DNA of 35,477 nt from the NCBI RefSeq assembly GCF_001194135.2, contig NC_068983.1, forward strand, positions 84,134,677-84,170,153, written 5' to 3'. This stretch comes from Octopus bimaculoides. Its lineage: Eukaryota. Each line of letters opens with the position of its first letter. The first letter of the stretch is position 1. A model generated the notes under the pieces. The model was not told the DNA's origin, did not search any database, and was given only the letters and a program-made list of their open reading frames with translations. Positions 11,810 through 23,389 of this stretch are shown here, one piece after another. Made by a program: the position numbers and the translations under genes.

Positions 11810-13370
11810 AAAACAGACCATCAAGCGATTTAATGTCTTTGACAGAAGATATCGCCTATAAACTTATGTAAACGGCATGGAGTATCTTATAAGATAGGGT
11901 GTAAAATATTTGTTTAAATGCATCGTGTTCTATTCGGAATAAAAATGTTATCTCATTGATATGCAAATTCAAGGGAACTGTTAATTTCGACCTGGTTAAA
12001 GGTGTAACAGTTTAAGAAAAGTTGAGGAAACTAACAGAGGCCCTGGTAATAAATATTGTTGTCAGAATTCATATAAACCGTATTCAACAGCCGAATCAGT
12101 AGATTTTCTTTCAAGGTGAAATCAGCTCTTGTAGTGTTCCAATCTGCTATGATACATTTGATTGAAGGTTTGTAAATCGTGTTTCTAGTTATGGACCCAT
12201 TATCAGAGTTCTCTGAGTCATACATTGAATATTGCAATTATCAACGAACAATTTTAAAATAATGTACAGACATAGGTGTGAAAGCGAATTCAAGAAAAAT
12301 ATCAATTATGTGTTGACCAAATAAAATACTTTGAACATCTAGCTGCAGAATTAAAATCAATTATTGCTACTCATGCTTATTGATTATAACGGAATCAGAC
12401 TTCGATTGGACCAAGTTTATCTCTCATCTGTCAGAGACGAATGAAACTTTGAGAAAATTTGTAGGGAGGTATACATGGGCTAAAGTAAAACAAAAAGTAT
12501 GACAGTATCATAGTTTTTGTTGGCATGTCGCTAGTATCGAGTTACTTTGACATACAATATCTGAACTAATATCTACAGATGCAAGAATTCTCATTTGGTG
12601 CTCTTCTAACACAAGAGCATCATCCAATTCTATATGCATCTATATCATTGACTCCGACACAGCAAAAATGGAATCAAGTGACAAAAAGAGTCAAGGGCGA
12701 TAGTTTCTGGCCACTTTCATGAGTATGGTGCATCTTTCTTAGTATAAATAAGTCGTAAACTTTTGATTACCATCTTGAGAAAAGCACTTTACAAAAGTTC
12801 TCCGAAGTTTAAGACTGTGAATAGATTTTGGAATTATGATTGCACTATAAAGTATGTAAAGTGAGAAAGACTGAAACATTATGGATGCACTGAACCGTAC
12901 AATGCGTAACTGAACTTCCACTTATGATACGGTCAATCTCATGTATGAAACCGGTTTGTTGCCAACACTTCAACTGAGTGATGTAAACATTGGTGAACTG
13001 CAGCTGAGACAGCTAATGTTAGTCACCTGGCTAAATTACTACAAGATATGGAACAAAGCTGACTTCAGAAACCGATGTCTTTCACCAGTGTCTCTGGAAA
13101 TGCAAAGATAAGTTAACACATGTCTAGGGAGTACAATTCAAAGTCATCAAAGTTATTGTTCCACGAGCGATGAGATTGTAATTGCGTAACCGTACAAGAG
13201 TGACATTTAGATCGTTCACTGCTCCTAAAGAGAGCAATAGAGCCACTACATTGGTTTGGAATGTTAGTTGAAGAAACGATCAAAAGGAAACATTTGGCTT
13301 AGTACCATTGCCGGAGTTATCTTGATCAACTGTCCGGGTAGATTTGTTTCGGGACAACTTCCGCTTTCTC
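11810..13370 (+). mobile_element. Ty3/Gypsy LTR retrotransposon pol relic (end of RT, RNase H, start of integrase); no LTR identified
   Basis: Frameshifted segments IGVKANSRK.QLCVDQIKYFEHL, KFISHLSETNETLRK, ISTDA..EFSFGALLTQEHHPILYASISLTPTQQKWNQV (about 12569-12680), CKDKLTHV*GVQFKVIKVIVPRAMR and QKETFGLVPLPELS*STVRVDLF follow the Gypsy order RT, RNase H, integrase. The 5' boundary (11810-12230) is less certain. Confidence 0.82.
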
Positions 13371-13614
13371 ATTCTTGCAAATAAATTTACTGTGGCTTAC
13401 GACTGTTTTGCCTTTTGTTCCAGCAGTTCATTATAGTCAATTAACTCTCTGCAATAATTCGCAAGAACAGAATTTATTTTTAATTCAGACACGTTTTGAA
13501 GTAATACAGATTCTGATTAACAAATAAGAAAAGTATGTGCGACAGACATTCTAATAAAAACAAAAGGGGATGTAATAAGAGTTGCCTTTCTTTATATGTA
13601 GTGTGTAGTATGTA

Positions 13615-13648
13615 TGTAGGTAGATAGGTAGGTAGGTAGGTAGGTAGG

Positions 13649-13700
<52 letters not shown>
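13615..13700. repeat. (TAGG)n(TAGA)n microsatellite
   Basis: Direct reading of the sequence. Confidence 0.95.
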
Positions 13701-13701
<1 letters not shown>

Positions 13702-13969
13702 GGAGAGATTATAACGAGTATCAACAAGTGCTTTTTTCACTTCTGTTTATAAAATAGTAAACTCTTTTTCTCAACAGTCTCGGAGGCACTGAAAAATTGA
13801 AACGTCATTAATATTGTTAGTGTTTTCTGTGGGTTTATGCACGCGCACACATTTTACAATTAGCGGGCAAAGGAAAACAATGTGGGCACATAAGGTTTTG
13901 AAGATAACGAATTCTTAAAGATAAAAGCTGGCCTACAGTCCGATTCAACAAAGAAGCTGGCACAATGCC

Positions 13970-14620
13970 AATAATTTTAAGGGGAAGCGGATTACTGATA
14001 CCATCGATTCCAATTCTTGACTGGTACATCATTATATCGATTACGAAACGATGAATGGTAAAGCTTACTTTGGTGGGATTTGAAATCAGAAGATAAAGAG
14101 CCATAAGAAATACCGCAAAGCATTTATTCCGACGCTCTGACTATTCTGCCAACTCGCTACCTTAAAGGAACCTTTTATAATAAATTTTTTCTACTAAAAG
14201 GCACAAGGCCTGAAATTTTGTAGGGTAGGGCCAGTTGATTACATTGACCGCAGTGCTCAAATACTACTTGTTTTATCGATCCCGAAGGATGAAAAGCTAA
14301 GTCGGCTTCGGTGGTGTATGAATTCAGAACATAGAGACAGACGAAATTTCGTTAAGCATTTTGTCCGGCGTACTAACGACTCAGCTAGCTCACCGCCTTA
14401 AAGGAACATTTTATAATCTTTTCTACTATAGACACTAGGCCTGAAATTTTAGCGGGGGTTAGTCGATTACATCGATCCCAATACTTAACTATCATTTATT
14501 TTATCAACTCCGAAAGGATGAAAGGCAAAGTCAACTTCAGTGGAATTTGAATTCAGAACGTAAACACGAACGTAAGCATTTTTTCGGGCGTACAAATGAT
14601 TCTACCGGTATACCGCCTTA
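13970..14620 (-). mobile_element. Three tandem copies of SINE family C (about 13970-14165, 14190-14400, 14420-14620)
   Basis: Each copy has ..atcga..c(c)gaa(a)g(g)atgaa..g.aaag.., gaattcagaac and aagcatttt, and ends in ccttaaagga. Confidence 0.85.
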
Positions 14621-14632
14621 AAGGAGCATCTT

Positions 14633-14673
<41 letters not shown>

Positions 14674-14685
14674 AACAACAACAAC

Positions 14686-14717
<32 letters not shown>
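14633..14717. repeat. (AAC)n(AAT)n microsatellite
   Basis: Direct reading of the sequence. Confidence 0.95.
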
Positions 14718-15644
14718 TTACACTTCAGTTTTACGAATTCATAGGCATGCAAATTATATTAAATTACAGCTTGGATCTCAATTACTGCTTTTATCTTAAT
14801 GCTTAAATCCTTTTTTCTTTATTTTTTATATTTTACATATGGATTTTTAGACACTTTGTCAAAGGTTGGTTCCAAAGTTTAATGCAGCAGCAATCTCACC
14901 CAATGCGAGAGGGCTCCTCACTCCTCCTCTTCGTAGACGTGTGACCTGCAAGAAATAACAGTAAAATAACACCCAGCACTCTTTAAGAAAAGAAGTACAT
15001 GTTAGATAAAGTAATCCTAGAAATACTGTGTCCAAAACAATAGATCCACGTTTGATAGCAGGGCTAACTAGAATTAGACAAGAGCAACAACAGCAACAAC
15101 CTTCATTAGTGTTGGAAATTGTCAAAAATATTGAACGAGAGAATTAGCCAAAGGAATTAGCAGAAATTAAAGCCCAGAACGTGATACCAGCAAATAGAGG
15201 ACTAGTTTTCAGCAACTTCAAAATTTACAATTGCTTTCAAAATTTACGTTTCTGTTCTAAATGTGCTTCTACGACAATGCGAAGTATCACCAAAATAGCG
15301 AGTTGAAAAATGAAAACGTAATTTATGCGAAGATTATAACATTAGTAAAAAAAATTTCAAGCCTTCTTAAAATACTCGGAATATCGTGATTGCCGATATG
15401 TCCCTTACAGCTAAAGGACCTACGAACAGGGAATACAAGGATACATCGTACACGAACTCGGAATTGTCCTTGGATCTCGGAAAAAAAAGGTTGAAGCCTA
15501 ACATTCAACCTTTGAATGCTAGAAAGTTGACCCAAAATAACTTTGTAACCTCTGATAAAACTCGTTTCACAGGCCTTGGTTTGACCAAAGAAAGAAACAA
15601 TACTCTGCCAAAAAATATCATGTTCTTCGTCGTCGTTGTTGTTG

Positions 15645-15830
15645 TTTACACTCGTTGGACTGGGGCACCGTTTTGAAGGGTTTTAGTCGAAAAAATCGAC
15701 CCCAGTACTTTTTTATATTTAAAATTTGGTACATATTCTATCGGCCGCTTTTGTCGAAAGACTAAATTACTGGGGCATAAACAAACACTAGTTATCACGC
15801 AGTTAACGGACAGACACAAACACAAAAACA
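15645..15830 (-). mobile_element. SINE family A/B, 3' half; diverged
   Basis: ggggcaccgttttgaagggttttagtcgaaaaaatcgaccccagtact...ttctatcggccgcttttgtcgaa; homologous to 1690-1890. Confidence 0.75.
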
Positions 15831-16351
15831 CACGCGCGCGCGTATATATATATAGAGAGAGAGATGGGGTAAGAAATGGAGCAATGATTAACAATGAGAA
15901 GTGGATCATTGGTGTTTTAAAGTCATTGCTTAATTAAATTAAGAGTATCTTTACAGCTGTTTCTATTTATCAAAATGGGGTAAATTTGCATTTACCTAGT
16001 TACAATTGATAAACATCTTCAGAACGATTATATGGCAAAGATATTTTCATATATATTTATATGTATATTTTTATGCATTTGTGTATTTTTATGTAATTTT
16101 GTACACGCATTCATATTTTTTACGGTTTAATGAGATTGCCTTAAGTACTCCGATGTTTGTCGATTACCTGAACTTTGTGTCTTCTATCGATGCCTATATT
16201 ATTCATATAGACCATATTCTGAGCACCACATGATTGTTCTATATACGGAATTATTTCCTTTATTCTTTCCTTGTATATATATATATATATATCCTCTATA
16301 TATTTGTGAAAGGGTGAATGTTATCTCACAACCTCTCTACTCTATCACCAA

Positions 16352-16500
16352 GCCTCTCTGACGAAAGACTATGTCTAAAACGTTATACTTTTACTCAATA
16401 TCTCTTAGTTTATAATTTGTTTGCTTCTTCGAGCGTGTCAACCGAATTATATCAACGGTGACCGGCCCTTCGGCTTTTGTTATATTCTTTATTTGATTCT
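16352..16500 (+). ncRNA. Degenerate minimal hammerhead-ribozyme-like motif in a probable Penelope-like terminal repeat
   Basis: CTGACGA (16358-16364), extra a, stem II agac-tat-gtct, AAAA instead of GAAA, then CGTT. Downstream cgagcg and cttcggcttttg are shared with the copy at 24234-24360. Confidence 0.5.
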
Positions 16501-16518
16501 GTTTTTTGTTGCTAATTT

Positions 16519-16522
<4 letters not shown>

Positions 16523-16587
<65 letters not shown>

Positions 16588-16733
16588 CACACACACTCAT
16601 TCTCTCTTTCTCTCTATCTCTCTCTATATATAGAGAGAGAGAGAGAAAGAGAGAGAGGGAGATACATACATACAAACCGAAAGGCAGACAGATATACCCA
16701 TATATATCCATACAAATATGTATGTGTGTGTAT

Positions 16734-16804
<71 letters not shown>

Positions 16805-16830
16805 GGCAGGCAGGCAGGCAGGCAGGCAGG
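16523..16830. repeat. (CT)n, (GA)n, (GACA)n, (GGCA)n microsatellite cluster
   Basis: Direct reading of the sequence. Confidence 0.93.
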
Positions 16831-17004
16831 TAGAGATTTCGCTGAGGGAGCACAATAAGGCTGTAGTAGAATACGAACATGAAGGATAAGTATAGGTTGA
16901 GATATGAGGGTGATGACAGAAGGCATTTAAAATGTGAAATAGTGACAGCTAAATAAAAAAAAACATCTGCTATAATTCCATCCTTATCTCGGATGAATCA
17001 TCGC

Positions 17005-17150
17005 AATTGATCCCAGTACTTGACTGGTATTTTATTTTATCGACTTGGGAAGGATAAAATAAAATAGTTGACATCGGGGAGATTTGAACACCGATCATAA
17101 AAGGACGCCTTAATTAAATACCGTAAGATATGTTGGCCGACCTTCAACGA
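17005..17150 (-). mobile_element. SINE family C, diverged
   Basis: gatcccagtacttgactggtatttt..ttatcgacttgggaaggataaaa..gttgacatcggggagatttgaac. Confidence 0.7.
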
Positions 17151-17431
17151 AGTAACAGGATTGTTGCCTGGGGATAAGACGAAGTAAAAGCTGTAGGTTG
17201 AAGAAGTAGCACAGAAAGCAAAGAAGATAAGAAAACAGAAACGGGAATAGATTGGGCGGTTGTGAAGTGAGGATATACGGAAAGCAAGATTAAGCTCCAG
17301 TGGGATAAAGATAACGAAACAGTGTCAGAGGGAAATGGCAAGGAAGAAGAAGAGTAATATGGAAATAAAGTGATATGTTACAAGGGGTAACAGTCGTAAA
17401 TACAATATGTGTGTGTGTGTGTGTTTACATG

Positions 17432-17477
<46 letters not shown>

Positions 17478-17564
17478 GGGAGAGAGTGAGTGATGGGCAG
17501 ACAGATGAGCGATGTAAATACACAGGTAAATTTAGAGAAAGATAAACGAATTGAAATATTTTGG

Positions 17565-17565
<1 letters not shown>

Positions 17566-17626
<61 letters not shown>

Positions 17627-17696
17627 CTGATTGATTGCTAGATAACCAGAGACACAGGCAGATAGCAGACTAATAGATAGGCAGACAGACGGTTAA

Positions 17697-17758
<62 letters not shown>
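17566..17758. repeat. Two (GATA)n microsatellites
   Basis: Direct reading of the sequence. Confidence 0.95.
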
Positions 17759-18346
17759 CAAAAGAGAGGGAGAAAGAGAAGGTAAAAGAGATTAAGATAA
17801 CATACAATGAGAGAGGAACACATAGACATAAAAGACATGGTATGGAGAGGTAGGAATGGGAAGGGAACAAAAACGGAACAAACAGGCGGAACAAGCCGAC
17901 TGTCGGATGTCGCCGGCCGTAGCTATGACGGAGGGCGGCGAATGACACCCGAGTGACACGCGGCGAAGNNNNNNNNNNNNNNNNNNNNNNNNNNNNNNNN
18001 NNNNNNNNNNNNNNNNNNNNNNNNNNNNNNNNNNNNNNNNNNNNNNNNNNNNNNNNNNNNNNNNNNNNNNNNNNNNNNNNNNNNNNNNNNNNNNNNNNNN
18101 NNNNNNNNNNNNNNNNNNNNNNNNNNNNNNNNNNNNNNNNNNNNNNNNNNNNNNNNNNNNNNNNNNNNNNNNNNNNNNNNNNNNNNNNNNNNNNNNNNNN
18201 NNNNNNNNNNNNNNNNNNNNNNNNNNNNNNNNNNNNNNNNNNNNNNNNNNNNNNNNNNNNNNNNNNNNNNNNNNNNNNNNNNNNNNNNNNNNNNNNNNNN
18301 NNNNNNNNNNNNNNNNNNNNNNNNNNNNNNNNNNNNNNNNNNNNNN

Positions 18347-18390
<44 letters not shown>

Positions 18391-18403
18391 CCCTCTATCT
18401 ATT

Positions 18404-18434
<31 letters not shown>

Positions 18435-18632
18435 ACACACAGCCCACAGTTACACACACATAAGTGCAACACACGAAACCCCCAACTCCTGAGTTACAGA
18501 TGTAACTCTACAGCAATATGTGTGTTGGGATACGAAATAAATTAATTCGTAGATGTATATGTATCTATCTTCCCGTTTGCGCGTATGTGTACTTTATGGT
18601 CTGCCCTATCTCTGTCTATTTATTTCATATAC

Positions 18633-18744
<112 letters not shown>

Positions 18745-19319
18745 CCTTGTTATATTTGCATCATTTGTCTTTTACTCTCTATGCATACCTATCTATATAT
18801 CTATTTATCTACCTATCTATTCGACCTCTGTTGCTGGTCAATTGATGGAAATACTGTTTTGTTTTGTTTTGTTTTTTCACTCGACACGTACTAAAGATCA
18901 AATAACATAACTATATATTCAGATGTATACATTCAGTGTAAATATAGTAATAAGCGTATCAAATGTGTTTTTAAAAAATAGCAATAATCATCTGTGTGGA
19001 AGCAAATATTGATCAATATGTGTGCGTACACATACTGTTACAATTGCGTGTGTCTGTGTCTAATAGTATTTGGGTGGTGTTCGTCATTATTCGTAGTGAC
19101 CAGTGAGAGCCTCACCAATTTTGCTCAACATGCTAGAAACAGCAGCCAAATCACCCTCAAAACTTTTGTTGTCTTGCGCATCAATCCATTCCTGGGCGAC
19201 TCCAGTAGTATATCGGTTTTTCTATGAGAATAAGTTACGAGACCCTCCTTGAAACGTCTTCGTTTCCGAAGAAATTGGTATCTTCTCAGTATATCGTAGC
19301 TGGTTTTGAGAGGGATAAT

Positions 19320-19455
19320 AATTTTACTAGTTCTTTATTTCTCAACCACGGAAGAGTAGAAAAGAAAAATTGAAGATAGCGTCGGTGAGATTTTAACTCA
19401 ATGCAGTGAAAGAAATACTATAAGGTATTCTATTCGACGCTCAAGCCACTCCACA
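19320..19455 (-). mobile_element. SINE family C-like, strongly diverged
   Basis: tactagttctttatttctcaaccacggaagagtagaaaagaaaaattga...gagattttaactcaatgc..aaatact..aagg..ttc is collinear with family C. Confidence 0.5.
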
Positions 19456-19466
19456 AATTCTCTGTC

Positions 19467-19724
19467 GATCATGACGACGGGTGTTCCAGTTGACAGGCGT
19501 TCCACAGACAGGCGTGCTCTTAACGTAGTTCTCAGGTAGATTTAAGTGACGAGGTTGGCCCCTTTTGAAATACCGGTACTACTCATTTTTGTCAGCTGAG
19601 TGGACTGGAACAACATGAAAGTTGTTCCAGTGCCTTCCTCAAGGACACAACATGCTGCCGGGAATCGAACTCATGATCTTACGATTGTGAGCTGAATACC
19701 CTAACCACTAAGTTACGTGCCTTC
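19467..19724 (-). mobile_element. tRNA-derived SINE (family D) with recognisable Pol III boxes
   Basis: Minus strand: A-box TAACTTAGTGG (19705-19715), B-box GAGTTCGATTCCC (19660-19672), then ttgtgtccttgagg, ccagtccactcagctg and aaaatgagtagtacc. Confidence 0.85.
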
Positions 19725-20071
19725 ATATAAAGGAATGGATATAGTAGTCCTGAACAAGCAAAAATATTGGTGAGCCACGGTTGGAATGTCAGTGAATATA
19801 GGCTCAAGTGTTAAGCTGGGACTAAAAGAACTATGCAACAATCAACAGCATCATCATCATTAACTTCATTGTTTCCATCAACATCATCATCATCATGTAT
19901 ATAACAGAGGCAGTAAATATGTGTGTATGTATCTGTCAATCAATGCACAGTATGAAAATGTATATATATACTGTTAAGAGTATATGTAAGAGTGAAAAAG
20001 TTCAAGTATTGTGTATAGAAATGCATTTATACATAAACATGCGAGTATATGTATAGATCCACAAATAATTC

Positions 20072-20114
20072 ATATATATATATATATATATATATACATA
20101 CATACATACATACA

Positions 20115-20149
<35 letters not shown>

Positions 20150-20430
20150 GTATACATACATACATACATNNNNNNNNNNNNNNNNNNNNNNNNNNNNNNN
20201 NNNNNNNNNNNNNNNNNNNNNNNNNNNNNNNNNNNNNNNNNNNNNNNNNNNNNNNNNNNNNNNNNNNNNNNNNNNNNNNNNNNNNNNNNNNNNNNNNNNN
20301 NNNNNNNNNNNNNNNNNNNNNNNNNNNNNNNNNNNNNNNNNNNNNNNNNNNNNNNNNNNNNNNNNNNNNNNNNNNNNNNNNNNNNNNNNNNNNNNNNNNN
20401 NNNNNNNNNNNNNNTATATATATACACACA
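20072..20430. repeat. (TA)n(CATA)n microsatellite around gap 20170-20414
   Basis: Direct reading of the sequence. Confidence 0.93.
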
Positions 20431-20594
20431 TACACACAAACACACACGTGTATGTGTGTAAAGAGGAAGAGAAGGAAAGGGTGTGTGTGTATGTTTGAAT
20501 TTGTAACTATAGATAGATATTAATGTGTGTATATATACGCGCGCGTGTGTGTGAGTATATATATATATACATACGTGTGTATGTGTGTGTGTGT

Positions 20595-20626
<32 letters not shown>

Positions 20627-21137
20627 CAACAGAAAGCTGCTCTTCTTTAAGACGTTGCATGTTGGGAATAAGAATTCAAATAATTTTTTTAATGTTTGTC
20701 AATGTTATCAAGTTTGAAATTTGATGTTTTATTGCAAAATAAAAATTGCAGAAAAACTGTACAACGAGCAAAGTTTTCACTTACGTGTGTGCGTGCGAGC
20801 GCGCATACAAATATAAGCATGCATATATGCATGTGAATGCGTATATATAGATGTGCGTTAGTGTGTGTGTGTATGTATGTATGTATGTATGTATGTATGT
20901 ATGTATGTATATGTGAGTTTAGAGGTGTGTGTGTCTATTATATAGAAAATTGTCAGTCCACTCTGAGTTGCACCTTTGTTTGATCCCTACAGTGAAGAAA
21001 AGGGATTCGCAATATTTATAAGGTTAGGGAGACCTTGGAGGTATCTGAGTACGTAGGATGTTAAATGTAATAGCTGGTCCTAATTTTAAAAGAAGGGAGG
21101 AGAGTGAAAGGTTGTAAAATTCCTTGATAAATATCTG

Positions 21138-21510
21138 ATTGTGTGTTTAAGAAATTCGCTTGCAAGTCACGTGGTTTGGGGTTCAGTCGCACTGCACGGC
21201 ACCTTGGGCAAATGTCTTCTACTATAGTCCTAGATCAACCAATGTGAGTGAATTTAGAAGGCAGAAACTGTGTAGAAGCCCCTGTATGTATATATATGTG
21301 TATCTGTGTTTCCACTCATGCAGACATAGCTTGACAACCAGTGTTGGTTTGTCTACATCCTCGAAACTTTGCAGTTCAGCAACAGAGCGCGATAGAATAA
21401 CTGCCAGGCTTTAAAATAAGCACTGAGGTCGATCTGTTCAACTAAAATCTTTTAAGGCGTTACTCCAGCATGGTCGCAGACTACTGATTAAAACAAGTAC
21501 AGTGAGAATA
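21138..21510 (+). mobile_element. SINE family A/B, full-length diverged copy
   Basis: Head ...gtggtttggggttcagtcgcactgcacggcaccttgggcaaatgtcttctactatag, short (TA/TG) linker, then gcttgacaaccagtgttggt...gaggtcgat...ctccagcatggtcgcag..aaacaagta. This shows that the A and B halves belong to one element. Confidence 0.85.
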
Positions 21511-21966
21511 AGATATCTATTTCCTTTCCATTTACTATTTTTTTAGTTATTTTCGCATAAAATTTTCTTTTTTCTTTCTTCCAGTCTCTCTTCAATCTTT
21601 TCTGACCGCACAAAAATATTTTTCAACAGGAATACATAGTCTATAGGCATTTAGCCATACAGGCATTTGTTTATTGAACCAAAACTAAGGTGTAATTAAG
21701 TTGTCATATATTCCTCTTATGGGAATGTCTCTTTTCATACATTCACACACATCTGCTGCCACGGCATTTTTATTCTAATTATAGATATAATTAGTTTCAA
21801 TATTCAGATACTAATTAACGAATCTTATACCATTTTACAATCAGCCACATTAAGATTTAACCCCTCTCATCAAGATATCTCTATGATCTTTCTCGCCTTA
21901 TACGTTTTACTGGCCCCTGTTCTTCACAGCCGTGGTCAGCTAAGGGCGAAACTCACAGTAGATTGA

Positions 21967-22900
21967 CCCTTATCATGAAGAACATTTTAGTACCGGTTTC
22001 AGTTTTTGCGACTTTTTCAACTTGGAGTAAAGCATGAAAAACAATTAAATTGCGGAAAAATTAAATGAAATGTTTTTTAAAACATATTTCCATAGTTTTC
22101 AAATGCAAGGGACATTTTCCTATTTTTCTGTCTGTCTCTGACTTTTTTTTTTTTTACTCTTGTGGGGGTTTGGTAGCAGGTGGCGGGTAGTAGCAATCCT
22201 AATATGTGATATGAGTTTTTTTCCCCTCTATAAATTCAGGGACAATGCAACCTGTAGTCAGCGCATTAGTAAAGACTCATATTTTATCAGAAAATATAAA
22301 CTGCTTTTGAATGTGTCCACCACAAATGACACTATTACAAGGGCCTTAGAATATTAAAATTATTAATATTAAAAGCGATATATTCAGAACAGTCACTAAC
22401 CATGAATTTATTCAGAACAATTCCAATCACTGCTATTACAACCACAACAGGTCACTTTTAGGTCACTTGACCATTTAAGAGGTTTTCACAAACAACCTAC
22501 TACTGTCATACCACTCCCGCATTTTTATTATTCTTTCTCTTCTTTTTCTACTCCCTCTTCTTCTTCCTCTTCTTCCTCCTCCTCTTCCTCTTCTTCTTCT
22601 TCTTCTTCACCGCCTCCTTCCTCAACTACTACTGTTGCTTAAACAATCAAAACCAAGAACTCATATCAAATATTAGGACTGCTACTACCTGCCACCTGCT
22701 ACCAAGCCCTCGCAAGAGTAAAAAACAGAGACAGAGATAGACAGAAAAAAAGAAAATATCCCTTACATTTGAAAACTATGGAAATATTTTTAAAAAACAT
22801 TTCATTTAATTTTTCCACAATTTAATTGTTTTTCACGCTTTACTCTAAGTTGAAAAAGTCGCAAAGACAGAAACCGGTGCTAAAATGTTCTTCATGATAA
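21967..22900. mobile_element. Fold-back / long-inverted-repeat non-autonomous DNA element (MITE-like)
   Basis: Arms 21970-22217 and 22658-22900 are reverse complements at roughly 90% identity by eye, with a 440 bp spacer. The left end reads ttga|cccttatcatg (piggyBac-like); the right end lacks the matching ggg/ttaa. Confidence 0.85.
22530..22620. repeat. (CTT/CCT)n pyrimidine tract inside the fold-back spacer
   Basis: Direct reading of the sequence. Confidence 0.9.
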
Positions 22901-23389
22901 AATTATTTTAGCATTTTCTACCTTGTCTTAATTTCCTTATACATATCAACTCGTGTGTTCCTTATCAACCTTCTACATATATATATATGTGTGTGTTTGT
23001 ATANNNNNNNNNNNNNNNNNNNNNNNNNNNNNNNNNNNNNNNNNNNNNNNNNNNNNNNNNNNNNNNNNNNNNNNNNNNNNNNNNNNNNNNNNNNNNNNNN
23101 NNNNNNNNNNNNNNNNNNNNNNNNNNNNNNNNNNNNNNNNNNNNNNNNNNNNNNNNNNNNNNNNNNNNNNNNNNNNNNNNNNNNNNNNNNNNNNNNNNNN
23201 NNNNNNNNNNNNNNNNNNNNNNNNNNNNNNNNNNNNNNNNNNNNNNNNNNNNNNNNNNNNNNNNNNNNNNNNNNNNNNNNNNNNNNNNNNNNNNNNNNNN
23301 NNNNNNNNNNNNNNNNNNNNNNNNNNNNNNNNNNNNNNNNNNNNNNNNNNNNNNNNNNNNNNNNNNNNNNNNNNNNNNNNNNNATACAG

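Noticed and set aside
13970-14620. Tandem ~220-bp units as a CRISPR-like or satellite array
   Set aside because: The units are SINE copies also found dispersed in the window; there are no short identical repeats with unique spacers, and the context is eukaryotic.
14596-14799. Poly-asparagine ORF
   Set aside because: An (AAC)n(AAT)n microsatellite read in frame from a SINE head.
19660-19724. tRNA-like sequence with A and B boxes
   Set aside because: It continues into a SINE body and has no acceptor stem or complete cloverleaf, so it is a SINE head and not a tRNA gene.
20778-20790. Perfect minus-strand donor (gtaagtg)
   Set aside because: The would-be exon is CA/CG microsatellite with no acceptor.
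21560-21690. Two acceptor-like sites (cttccag, ttcaacag)
   Set aside because: The downstream sequence has stops in all frames and only a weak donor.
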